From the NCBI GenBank assembly GCA_044892525.1, contig CM097886.1:186732312-186796311 (forward strand): a DNA stretch of 64,000 nucleotides, written 5' to 3'. The position numbers and the translations under genes are program-made. This DNA is from Schmidtea polychroa. Taxonomy: Eukaryota. Below, one piece after another: positions 51,941 to 64,000 of this stretch (positions within the stretch are counted from its first letter, which is position 1; each line of letters starts with the position of its first letter). The notes under the pieces were generated by a model. It saw only the letters and a list, made by a program, of their open reading frames with translations, ran no database searches and was not told the origin of the DNA.

Positions 51941-52165
51941 ATCCGTGAACTGTAAATTGCACATTTCATTGATTTTCTACGGTGCCTATATCGTGTGAAT
52001 CCATCACATGTAGAAATGAGATGATTAATAATTGTACATTGAACGGCATTATTATTATCTAAGTGCATGTTTAAATCAAAAATGTAAATTACGTTACACC
52101 ATTTCCATATCCAATCTGCTATAAACAAGAAATGTCTGCATAATTTTGTTTTCTTCTGTTATTTA

Positions 52166-53407
52166 CAGGGTTATTAATCATTATAAAGAATTTATTAATC
52201 AGGTTATATAAATATAAATAATCATAAAAATTACAAATATGTTATGAAAACTAAATATGGTGTTAAATTTATATTTTAATCAAAGGACATTCCATTAAAA
52301 GCTAAATCGATACTTACGCATGTTTCTATATGTAAATTATCAAATCAAAGAGACACATCATTATTCATATTCCCAATTGTAGAGCTGGCATAATTATCAG
52401 TGGCATTTTGAGGACGTGGTCTAATAGTGAAGTATCTATTTTTTAGGCAGGAGAATATTTCTTCGATGGGATTCAATTGCGGGCTATAAGGGGGCAGATA
52501 AGCATGATCAACATTATTGATTTCAAACCACGTAGCAACCTCTCGTGTCTTGTGAAACTTTACATTATCCATTAGAATGACCTTATCAGGAGAAAAATAG
52601 CCTATATTTTTACATTCTATCAAAAACTCTAAAAACAAACTACCATTATACGGACCTTTTACTAATTTAAAATGCAGATTTTTTTTCGTTTGAAATTATC
52701 GACAATAAACTAATATTTCTTCTTCTATTTGTTGGAACAGTTATTGCAGCTGCAGTATTAACTGGGTAATATCCATAATTGGGGACCGTATGCAAATTAA
52801 ACCCGGTCTCATCCAGATATAAAATGGCATTATTTCTTATATTTCTGAATTTCAAAGCAAATATTTTTCTTTGTGCAATCAATTCAGGAGATTCTACTTT
52901 AATTGGCTTTTTCTTAAGTTTTTTCCTCTTAAATTAAGTTTTTTCAAATTGAAAGAAACAGGGGGTTGGCTTATATTAATATTCTCAGTTTCTAAAAAAT
53001 TAGCAATCCCTGTCTGGTTAAATGAATTATCATGTTGAATGCATTCCCCAAACTTAAGAACTTTTTCTGTAATGCCAAGGGTTGCTCTTCCAGGTTTCTT
53101 GAACTGAATATTTTTTATAAAATCTTCATCGTCAGCCTGTTCAATTTTAGTTAGGCATTTATATACAGACTTATTCGAAATCTTCAACACTCGCCATTTT
53201 TGCGACGTCGTCACCTTCAGACTTCATATCCTTCAAAAGTTCAAGTGTTTTTTGCGTGATGGCTGTTCTTCTTTTCCTGGGATTATTTGATTGTTCTTCT
53301 AAGCCGAGGATATTCGTAAATGCATTTTTGTGTTCAGGACTCATGAGTTCTTTATGATTTTTTTTTTATAATTATTAATAAATTCTTTATAATTATTAAT
53401 AAACCTG
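52166..53407 (-). mobile_element. Complete Tc1/IS630-like DD34E DNA transposon, 1242 bp
   Basis: 34-bp TIRs CAGGGTTATTAATCATTATAAAGAATTTATTAAT and CAGGTTTATTAATAATTATAAAGAATTTATTAAT (2 mismatches), flanked by TA at 52164-65 and 53408-09. Confidence 0.95.
52345..53344 (-). pseudogene. DD34E transposase, frameshifted
   Basis: Pieces MSPEHKNAF..., VLKISNKSVYKCL...KKPGR, ILYLDETGFNLH...YGY, and ILMDNVKFHK...YLPPYSPQLNPIEEIFSCLK, with 34 residues between the second D and the E. Split over several frames with stops. Confidence 0.92.
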
Positions 53408-54028
53408 TAATTAAAATTTAAGGTATAAATAAAAAATATTAATATGAATTTGTTACAATTACCTTAACCTAATTGTAGATACATACAATTAATTTGAACA
53501 AAGAATTTATTGTAATTAGCATTGTTGAAGATCTTGACCATTATCAGAGATATCATTGTTAATAAGACTAAGGTTTCTGTTTCTTGCTTTTCTGGCATAT
53601 TTGATCCATTGATTTTGACTCGATTTGATGATTCTTCAACTTCTTCAGTAACTTCTGCAACTTCTTCAACTTGTTCGACTTCAGTGACAACTTCAGTGAC
53701 TTTGTTAGACATGTTTGAATTTGATGATTTTCTAAATTGAATTTGATGATGATTTTCGAAAAAGTCCAAAGTAAAGGATAATTTAAACAATCGTTTTTAA
53801 TTTTTTATTTTAATTTAATTAATTTAATAATATATTTTTAGTTCAACTATTAAATTGATAAAAGTGCTAGTCAGAGGCACTACACTTTACACCATTTCCA
53901 AATCCAATCTTCTATAAACAAGAAATGTCTACATTTTTTCATTAAATACATTATTTGCAGCAAAAGGCTTAAATTATCATTTTGTTGTTTTAAATAATAA
54001 ATGCTGCTACCAAGAAATCATCACTTTA

Positions 54029-54086
<58 letters not shown>

Positions 54087-54429
54087 ATTATTATTATTTA
54101 TTTATTAAAAAGAGAGTTTAAAGACTATTATTCAGTAATATATCGATGTTTGTTGATAATCACGAATTTTCGGCACTGCCTTTTTCAAGTGAATTTGATC
54201 ATTATTACATTTAATAATTATTTAATAATAAAAAGTTATTTCGTATTTTATAATAAATTTATTAGTTTAATTATATTTTATTTTAATTACCCAAGTAATA
54301 TTTCCTATTTTTAAATTTTATAATTTAATTTAATCTTTTAATATAGTATTTTATGAAAAAAACTTTTTTATATTTTATATATATTTTTAATTTTAAATTT
54401 TAAATCTAATTAAATATTAATTTAAATAT

Positions 54430-54740
54430 TAATTTAGTTGAATGTTGATGGACGGTTTAAGTTTTTTAATATAAAGAGTTTTCGCGGCTAATATTTGCAA
54501 TGAATTTTTGAAAGCATCTTGTAACATTATGCATTCTGCTTCGTGTAAGATTGGTGCTGATTTGTGCACCTCCTTCATATATTGAGCTCGAATGGTAGAA
54601 TGATTGTATTCTGAGTTGCGTTGGTGACAACAGGACGGAGTAAAATTTAAATTACCTGCAACCTACAGCAGTCTTATTTACAGGTCAACTTCAATTCATA
54701 CAACATACCGCTGAATTTGTAAATCATTAAATGTATTCTA
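54430..54740 (-). mobile_element. Second Penelope-like GIY-YIG remnant
   Basis: Minus strand reads MIYKFSG... and then NHSTIRAQYMKEVH...ILAAKTLYIKKLKPSINIQLN*, matching the PLE C-terminal pattern LYIKKLKPSLN.Q and the 4170 remnant (INIQ). Confidence 0.6.
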
Positions 54741-55194
54741 CGAAAGATTAAAGGTCGAGAATCACTGCTCAATAAAATGAAACTTTTACAGATTGAGGTA
54801 AGTAGCAACATTGAAACATTTATAACGAGTTGCTTGCTAATTCATTAAAATAAGAGTTAGTATTGGGATCCCTCGGATTCCGGTAGGAATCTACTGATCT
54901 GTCACTGACCATGTCCTTATCCGATTCCTGTTGTTTTTTGTTTAAATAAATATAGTAAAATGTTTTCTATTTAAGAAATAATGTGCGGCCCTTGGTAGCA
55001 ACTAATCTAAGCAGCGTTTAGGGACCTTGGTGAAAACGAGTCTTGCGTGTCTAATATAAAAGAATATGGGTTATGAAACCAATATTCAACATTATCTATA
55101 TTACATAAAATAATTATGTGCAGCCTCCAGGACTGATATTTACGTATAACATTACTGTCCAATGTATACCGATACGATTTCTACTGCTTATCAA

Positions 55195-58100
55195 TCACGA
55201 TAAATATTTGTTGTACGCGGAAATGACCGTATCTGTGGAGATGATAGGACGGATGATTTGCTGTCTCAGAGAGGAGATCGACTCAATACAGTCGGCCGAG
55301 CATGTCCTTATCGAACTTACCGAATCCAGAGTCTTATTTGACTGTCTGCTGTCCTCTGGATGGTTTCCGTGAAGATAATGAAGTGCTCGACCAATCAATT
55401 TTAAAGTATCCTTACTTGATTGCGACCACAAGTCGACAGACTCGATGAACTTCCTTGCCGCTAACTGTCCGACAAGACGTGGATTTCTTCCCAACTTTCG
55501 TTCCATCTTCTCTAGAACTTCAAAGCATAGCAAACTCAGTCCGGAAGTAGGAATTTCTGAATAGGTAATCGATGAAGTTCGAAAGAGGTTGTTGGAATCG
55601 AATCGGGTTTTGTAAGTGTTCTCGATGACTGGCTCACTAAATGACCTTTTCTTAATCTTTTTAAAGCATATTTCTTGATTTTTCGGCCTGCTCCTTATGT
55701 GAAGATCACAACAACTTCTTGTCCATAAATTGCACTTAGATAGGTTGAGGTTTTGTGATGGTTTATCCCCATGTACGCCAATTATCAAGTTGTCGGTGAA
55801 GAAGGAATAGGACTCGGAGTCGTTGACAAGTATTTCTATGTCTGACGAAGTGATTTGACTTTTGTCACTTTCATTTGCTCCTTTGCTTTTATACTTTTTG
55901 ATGAAGCTCATCATCTTTGTTTTCAATTCCAAGAGGAAAATTGTCTTGAGAAATTTGTTTGTTTTTTCGGATTTTTGTTCATTTTGAACGCAGTAAAATT
56001 GTTGCTTTTGGGACTTTGTGGACTTGATAGATCTAAACAGCTTTCTGATTTTACTTTTCTTCGTCTTCGATATATTCTGACTTACGGTCAAAAGAGGTGT
56101 TGTATGATTGCAGGTTTGTATGGTCACATAAGCGGTTGACAAAGAATTCTGAGTGTTTGTCGGCTGGTCAACAACCGCAGCCAGACTGTCAGAATTCGGT
56201 TCGCAGTATTCCAATGCTAAATTACTCTTCAGTCGAAACTTTTCAGGAGTAATTATATATTTCAAACTGTTGAATATGAGATCCGGAGTCGAGAAAAAAA
56301 TGTTGTAATTCTGGTGAGCAAAGTTGTTTTCTACGTGGCACGGTACAAATGAACTCGATTTCGCGGTCGAAGTATTGGTCGTCAAGATACTCTGGAACAG
56401 AACTTTGTCGGTATTTAAATGGTGGTTTCCTTTCGTTGAAACGAGCTTTATATTCGAAGAGTTGTTGATGGATTTGCCCAATTTGCATATAAAATACGGA
56501 TCCTCGGGACCGACGTAAGTCTTGCCTACATCGATTTCTAAAGCATAGGAATAGATATTACTGCCTTTTGTGCACGGGTCTTCAGTTGGGTCAGGCAAAG
56601 GATTTGGGGGTTTAAATCTTTGGTTAAAGACCGATATGTTCTTCCATTGGTTTGCGGTGTTAGGTGTTATATTGAAACTTCTAAAGGTCTCTCTATTAAG
56701 AATATCTAGGTCCCCTTTATTACTCTTAATTTTTGGGCTATTTATATTAAGTACTTTTTTGGTTGGTTTTGAAGTAATTTTGCTGTCAACTTTATTTTTG
56801 AATAATGTCGATGTTATCTGTCCTTTTGGACGAGTTTGTGAAGATCCTAAATCCCTTTCTTTGCAATAATTTAAAAAGACGTTGCCACCAATACTTGTCT
56901 CATTAGTAGGATATGGAGAAATGGATGTTATGAAGGGGTTTTGCTTAATTAAACTCTCAGTTGTCGGTTTGGCATGCGATTTGCCATAAAGGGATCTATC
57001 AAATAAAGATACCTCCGTAACCATCAAATCTCTATGATTTGCAATTTGATTTGTAATTCGTTTAGTGAGATCATTAATCTTTGGAAAGATATCAACATTA
57101 GGTCTTGTGGATATGAGTTGTTTAACTTCTGAAAAACTTGGTTCTTTTGAAATATTTTCAACTACCGGCTGCCTTTCAGTGCCGATTTGCTTTTCTGTTT
57201 CCGAAACGTTGACAAGTTTGTTGATATTTGCTATGGTGTTCTCATTCTCAAACTCAGTGTCGAATTCCATGGGATTTGATAGAAGGTTACAAACAGTTCG
57301 ACCTTCAGTTTCGTCGATGTTTGCCAAGTTTTCGGTGAAGTTATCTTTTGCATCTTTCACACTCGTCATTGTATTGAGATCGAGGGAAGTCTCTCTAATC
57401 CTACTGGTATTCAATTCGATATTCTCAACTTCCGATTTAAGGTATGTTTCCAGTACTTCTGGGTCGGATTGAATCAACAATCCTGTCACTAGCTTTTCTG
57501 TCTGGAGGATCTTGGAGTCGTTTAATTGACAATCTGGAGGTTCCACGAGAAAGATGTGGCTGATGTTGGATTTATCGTCGGTGAGATTTGTGAAAATGCT
57601 CACTGGAGAAAACGATTCGTTGTGTGACATCTTAACGAACTGTTTGGATAGTTTCTCAACTGTATAATCCGGTTCAATGTTCCTAACTCGAGAAACCTTT
57701 TGAGGAGAAACCGGCAAGGTCCGTGAAGATAAATCTGATTGTGATTTTGAATTGTAAAAGCTCTTGTTGTTTTCTTCGGTTCGCAATTGAGGGAGTTTTG
57801 AAGCATCATTTCGATCTTTAGCCTCATTGGAAGGCTCGTGTTTTACGCTGTAGGACTTTGATGACTGCATGATATTAGGATCCATTTGGATAAGAAAGAG
57901 GGATTCTGAAGTATGATTCACATTGGAGTCAACCTCATCATTCACCCGTTTACTGGATAATTTGTCTGGTGGAAGTTTCAGAGAGTCGACTTCATTCATT
58001 TCAGAGTTTATCGAGGCTCGAATGGAACTTGGTTTATAATTCTCCAAGGCATTGGATGTGGAATGATGGCTTGAAATATGTTTAATTGGAGTCATGTTGC

Positions 58101-60281
58101 TAGCTGCTTCAGCCGTTGGATCACTCACTAAATCGTATTTTTTGGAAGGAACCCGAACGTTCGAAATTTGACTTCTTTTACTAGCATTCGATCCTTTATG
58201 CAGCAAGGAATTGGAATTGGCTGAAACGGTCTTGACTTGGTTTGCTTTTGATGTGAATAATTTTTGGCCAACATTCGGTTCCTCTGGTACGAAGTCAATT
58301 GATGGCTCCTCTTCTAATTCTTCATCAAGAATGACTTCACAGTTGGCTGGGACAGGCATTCTATTTCCAGTGACAGGTTTGCAACAAATCCATTCGGAAA
58401 CATTTCGATTGAGTGGAGATGTTAGATGGTAGTTGAGGAAGTTCTTGTCCGGTTGGAAATTGTCGTGATCTTGACGGTTTAAACAAGGCGGACTGTTGGT
58501 GCAAGTTAAATTCAAGCATCCTTCAATTGGACACAGTTGCAGGTTTACGGGTATCCGACGCCCACAAGGGCTATAGTTATTATATCGAAACTGTTCATTG
58601 AAGTTTGGATGGGTCTGTGATAGTATGCATATCTTTGAGGGATTCATAATGATTGCAGGAAATTCATTGTTTCGAGTATTTTCTTTAGTTTGCTTGGGAC
58701 AGCTTGATACTTTGGCGCTTCTACAGTCTCGAATCGGAGTGGATGGCAAAGGAAGCACCGTTTCTCCAATAGGATGTTGATAGGCCATCGTTGCAGGATT
58801 GTGGATGTCTTGGATTTCCTGAAGTACATATTTCCTAGACTGTAAATCGTAGCACTCACATAGGCTTTGATGTGAGAATTTTGTAGCCGAGTATGAAGGC
58901 TGTACTAAAGGTTGGGATATGTGATTAGGGTTGATGAGATGAGGAGAATCGTGCCGGTTACAAAATCGTCTATTCGGATCATTAAGTGATAACAAGTATT
59001 GGCTGTCATTATTAACATATTCAGATTTGATAGGAGCCGATGGCTTTTTATGAAATTTCTGAGATCCCATGCCAAGCACTTTGGAACAGTCTTCATCGTT
59101 ATATGGACCATAAAGGGCGTTGTGTAATGCGTTGATATGAACGGAGTTATGTCTGTCAATATCGGGATTTTCCAAGATCTGCTTGTTGAGGCCTACGATA
59201 CAAGAAAGTCGACTCAGACACCTTTCGGGGGAACAAGAGGAATCCGGAGAAAACGGCACCGTGTGACTTGGACAGGAATAGTTCGTATCTTCTGTAAGAT
59301 TCCTACAGCCGGGAACTGCGCATTTGTATATTTTTAAGCCAGGAATTGGTGGGTCTTGATGGGCCTGATTTGACACTGTAACATTTTTAATGGCATTATT
59401 AATGTTTGTGTTGATCCTGTAATTCGAGGACATAGAAGGGGTCGACCCGATCTCAAAAAATGGACTTCTTGAGCAACTGTTCGTTTTATTTTTGTTATTG
59501 AAACGTTCATGTTGATATTCCCGAAATAGAATAATGGAACGGCTGTCGGCTTCAACAAGTACAGAGGAGACTTTGTCGACGCTCTCGTTTTCAATCTCAA
59601 CGATTTGAGAATTCCTACTGCTCGCACTACGTGACAGAGAATGGTTATTCGCGTTCCTATTGACAGTATATGCGAATGGATTCTCGCGGAACTTTCTCTC
59701 AACACTTTCATTCCATACTTGAGAGGAATCGCAGAGCGCTTTTAAATGAGTCTTTGTAGAATGGTGCTGAAAGCAGATGTTGTGCTCATTCAAAGCCGTT
59801 TTATGTTTGTTTATCCATTTGGGGTTGAATATAGAATTGGGGTCGCCAGATTGCATTTGTTGGGATGACGATCTTATGCTGGCAGATATGTTTCCCGATA
59901 AATCGGACGGCGGAGAATCTAAATGGATTAAAATATGATTAATAAAGGTAAAATAAAAATATAATTGAATGATTGTGTGTGTGTGTGTTATCGGTTGCGG
60001 AATTATTCATAGAAACATAATTCAATAATAATAAACAAGCCTCTTCTGCAGTATTTGAATTCTTCGATAATTATACTGTCGAGAGTCACGGCCAGGTAAA
60101 ATGGCGGATAAACAAATAAATTCAGAAAAATCGAAAAAATGAAGAAAATTTATTTAAAAAGAATATCAAATTTTTTAATTAATTTTAAAAATATTTTAAT
60201 TTTTTAAATAATTATATTTAGTTGGAGCATATAATGACAAAGATTAGAGAAGAATTATATTAGGTCGGATATCTTTATTAA

Positions 60282-60357
<76 letters not shown>

Positions 60358-62530
60358 TTAATAAATTAAATGATAATATAAACTTTTTACTGCTAAGTAT
60401 ATATTTAATAAAATGAAATTATTTTCGATTAGAAATATAATCTCTGTTAATTAANNNNNNNNNNNNNNNNNNNNNNNNNNNNNNNNNNNNNNNNNNNNNN
60501 NNNNNNNNNNNNNNNNNNNNNNNNNNNNNNNNNNNNNNNNNNNNNNNNNNNNNNNNNNNNNNNNNNNNNNNNNNNNNNNNNNNNNNNNNNNNNNNNNNNN
60601 NNNNNNNNNNNNNNNNNNNNTCTCCTTTAAATATTTTCATTCCAAGACCTTGAAGATTCGGATTATTTATTTCATTCTCTTCGTTGGGTTTATTCGTGTT
60701 TGTCTGGCTGTCTGCCGTTCTAACGCAAAGAGCGCTGTCAGATGCGAATTTTTTCAACGGAGAACTCTGGACATCTTCTAACGATTGTGACATTAGAAAG
60801 GTTTGCGTGGACGAATTAGCAGTATTTATTTTGTTTTCCAATTTGTTTGTTTGGCTGTCGTTTCCAAATTCAATGGAAGGCTTTTGAGAGTTATTAGTGT
60901 TTGATAAAAGTTTATAAGTTTTAAATTTGGTTGGTAACATTGGCTGACTGGAGGATCTTGTCCTTGTAACATCATTGCCTTTATCGACAGGCCTCAGAAA
61001 TACAGTTTTGTGTCTAGGCGCTACCCTCTCCGATGCTCCACTGAATTTGGATGCTTGATTAGGAATGAACTTGAAATCGGCGTTGGAACCTTCATAGAAA
61101 CTCTGTCTATCGGATTCATTGTAGTTGCCTGGTATACAAATATCCTCGGTATCAGAGATTCCATTTTGTCTGATAAAATCCTCATAAATCCTTGGGTCGT
61201 ATTCATCTTCATCAAGCTGATCAGCCGCGAATTCTCCGTAATGATCATTATCTATATTCTGATACGTATTTTTACGCATTATTCCTTTCACTGGTTGGTA
61301 TTGGCCATTATCATAGGTAGAGTACTCGTGACCTCCATCATCGTAGAAACCCCTCTTGTCATCAAATGTTGGATAGAAATCGAATTCATTATCTGGAGAC
61401 CAGAGATAGCTTTGAGATTCGAGCTCATTCGAGTTTGGAGGGAACTGTGGCCGGACCGGGCTTAACTTGAAGCATCTACAATTACGCCTGTCAGCTTGAG
61501 ATCCAATTGGCATGGAATCAAGGGTTTGGGTTTGTTTCACAGTTGTTTTGAATTTCGAATGATTCTTTCTATGATGTCCTGAATCATTGAACTTGTATTT
61601 GGAGCTTCGATTCTTTTGTGCTTCAGTTCGATTGGTTTTGTAGACCAACAGTTCACTCAAAGAAGAGCTTGATCCCAATGAATTGGTGAAGGAATTCCCC
61701 GACTCAGAAAGAGAATCCTTTTCGCTTTCCGAAGATTCCGAGAAATTCTTGTAATTGTTATGGGATTCAGAATTCTCGAATTTATTTTTGATACAAATGA
61801 CGGGGTCTGGCTGCATCGGGTCTACTGCGGCCAAATGCTTGATAATATCAGCGATCTCCCTGGCTGTGATCTTATGGCTGATACAGATGTCCATCAGTCT
61901 GCAATAGTCAAACCAACAGCGATTGTTGTCTCTAGAATAAATACATTTCTGTGACAAATCCCCCGGTAAGGCGCCTTTGCTTGCAAGTTCCCGAGAAATC
62001 TCTTTTAAACATTCTTTATAGATCAATGACTTCCCGCCATTGAAGGAATTGTTTCGGCCCAAACTGTCCTTTTTAATCCAGATCTCTTCATTGAGAATCC
62101 TATAAAGCTTTAGCAGGCAATGTTTCGGTTTCTCCACCTGAGACTTCATCTGTTGGCCATTGCTGCCGTTCTTGATCGTTATGTTGATGATCCGAAGCTT
62201 ACTTGATGGAACGTTGTGAGATTGGTGGACCTCACAAATGAATAGATAGGCATTCGCTTGGTCCAGCTCGAGGATTTCCAGGGGCAAAATCACCTTTTCA
62301 AATGTTTTAAATTTGTGATTGAATTTCTCCACGGCAGCCTTGACAATTTCCCGACAATTGCAATTGGACCTGTTGTGGATTTTATGGGAGATGATTTCTA
62401 GGTCCCCTGTATAGGTGAGGCCATTCGCTCGGGCATGCTTGATAAGGTGATTGAACAATTCCATGGAATAGGAACATATTAGGACTTTCAGGTGGTCGAA
62501 TGAATAAATATACGTTTTAGGGGTGGCCAT
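55195..62530 (-). CDS. Very large orphan protein (about 2200 aa), two giant exons 62530-60649 and 59918-55195
   Basis: Two long stop-free ORFs of 627+ and 1574 codons. The acceptor TTTTAATCCATTTAG ends at 59919 (phase 1) and the donor CAAG|GTCTTG lies at 60648 (phase 1); they join in frame. The intervening DNA is AT-rich with (ATT)n and an N gap. Coding status is well supported; the junction, start codon and function are less so. Confidence 0.8.
60455..60620. other. Assembly gap (166 N)
   Basis: Run of N. Confidence 1.
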
Positions 62531-63369
62531 CAAATGATAATTTCCCAATCGATTTCATTGAATTTTCAATAAGACAAATTGATTATTTATTGTTTGTTTG
62601 TTTGTTTATAATTATTGGTTGGAGTCGTTGTTGCGAAGGTTGAAAGGTTTCCCAGTATCGAACTGGTAAACAAACAAGGATAACAACAACAACAACAGCA
62701 ACAGTAGCAGCAGTAGCAGCAGCAACAGTAACAGATGCCAACAAGGAGCAAAGATAAGCAGCCCGTCCTTCTGTCCATTAGCGTTATTATTGGCCTTCTC
62801 AGTAAGTTGCCATGAAATACGGATGATTGGAAATGGATTTATCTTGTCTTCGGTGGGAATCTGCCGCTGATATCAACTGAGGTTTTCTGGATTCTGATCG
62901 TCGGTCAAACAGTTGTCAAGCTCGCCCGGTTTCAATGGATATTGGCGTGCGCAGTTGCCTACTTGCCAGCGCTCAAATCCTGGCTGCATAGCTTGGAGCC
63001 TCCAGCTTCATGTCGCCTGGCATTTTGAAACATCGAATAAAATTCTATATATTTCCGTTGATTGGGACAGGGCTGGATTGATTTGACAAAGCAATTATTG
63101 ATAATTAGCGGGTGCCACTATTGCCGGATGGTGCCGACACTAATGGAAAGGAGGCGCGTAGATATGAAAGAATGTATATTCTCATTTCACTGGGATATAA
63201 ATTGTTTCTGTCACTGGTCTATTGAATACTGATAAGAGCGCACCTGTTCTCTTATTGGTTACCTTGAACTGGGATGTTGCAAATGAGGAAAGTGTGCATA
63301 TTGGGAATGAATTACAATTGTGAACAATTTCCATGTTTCATAGTGAGGAAGGAGTTCCAAAAATATTTT

Positions 63370-63487
63370 CTCTCTCCTTCACTCCGTCCCCTCTCTCTCC
63401 CTCTCTCCCTCTCTCCCTCTCTCCCTCTCTTCCTCTCTCTCCCTCTCTTCCTCTCTCTCCCTCTCTCTCTCCCTCTCTCCCTCTCCA
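63370..63487. repeat. (CT)-rich polypyrimidine microsatellite
   Basis: CTCTCTCCCTCT... run; it produces the spurious ER-rich and LSL-rich ORFs. Confidence 0.95.
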
Positions 63488-64000
63488 ATTTCATTTATAA
63501 TGGAATTTTATATCATTTCATTAATTCTCAAATTGGCTGCTACGAATGAAATGATAAATCCCAACATTGGGCTTGTAAAATTGCCTTTAACCCCAATTGA
63601 CATGTGATGAGCTCTCTCAGTCGACATTGTGATCCGTCTAGAGATTCCATGGAGATCTCGATCTGATCGACAACGATCAAATGAATCAACCAGTTCACAA
63701 ATAAAATAATTGATTCTGATGTGCTAATATCCAATATTTCCCATCTTCCTTTCTCTGTAGGGCCAGTTTCAAGGGGGGATTCTGATAATGGCATTTTGTT
63801 GATTTCCCTAATTGACATTGCACAATTGAATTGATAGAATTGGAATCTCAGCCCTTGATGCTACGGGATCCGTGAATTCATCGCCCATTTCCAATAATTA
63901 TTCACTCAATAAAGTTCACATGGGAAGATTGACAAAAATATTTATGTTATCCACTGCTCTATGTCGTATCAACAGTTTCTCATTAATGTAGGCCTCATGA

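Larger units (their letters stand above)
52094..53930. repeat. Pair of 44-bp direct repeats (52094-52137 and 53887-53930)
   Basis: TTACACCATTTCCA(T/A)ATCCAATCT(G/T)CTATAAACAAGAAATGTCT, 2 mismatches. Confidence 0.9.

Noticed and set aside
55195-62530. Giant ORFs as a retroelement, Polinton or viral insertion
   Set aside because: No RT, integrase, polB, capsid or ATPase motif, no TIR or LTR, and there is a spliceosomal-type intron.
63540-63818. 92-aa minus-strand ORF
   Set aside because: No recognisable motif or splice support.
1-64000. tRNA, rRNA, snRNA or histone genes
   Set aside because: No cloverleaf, rRNA, Sm-site or histone signatures were recognised by eye; a covariance-model scan (tRNAscan-SE, Infernal) would be needed to exclude small RNAs.

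Overview
AT-rich invertebrate animal nuclear DNA with GT-AG introns of two size classes (40-65 nt, or kb-sized and repeat-filled) and two assembly gaps. A flatworm-like origin is only a guess. I hand-spliced five protein-coding loci. (1) The 3' part of a NOVA/pasilla KH splicing-factor gene (78-5694, +), whose third KH domain has lost its GxxG loop. (2) A two-exon, 100-aa stand-alone SAM-like micro-protein (19154-19674, +). (3) A complete MAST kinase (DUF1908-kinase-PDZ; 21836-42345, +; about 1446 aa) with a probable alternative first exon carrying PP1 RVxF-like and LC8-like motifs. (4) A 284-aa ankyrin + Mind bomb-type RING E3-ligase-like gene built from tiny exons and introns (50511-51940, +), with a possible poison micro-exon. 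(5) A very large orphan of about 2200 aa in two giant exons (55195-62530, -) with a duplicated C-x4-C-x10-C-H motif. Between the genes lie hAT MITEs with exact 8-bp TSDs, two decayed hAT transposases, a complete but frameshifted DD34E Tc1/IS630-like element, Penelope GIY-YIG and LINE remnants, a Helitron-like end and many TTGATT-based minisatellites. No rRNA, tRNA or CRISPR array is supported. I cannot demonstrate a new multi-gene system; the best leads are the degenerate NOVA KH3, the mini-Mind bomb gene and the giant orphan.
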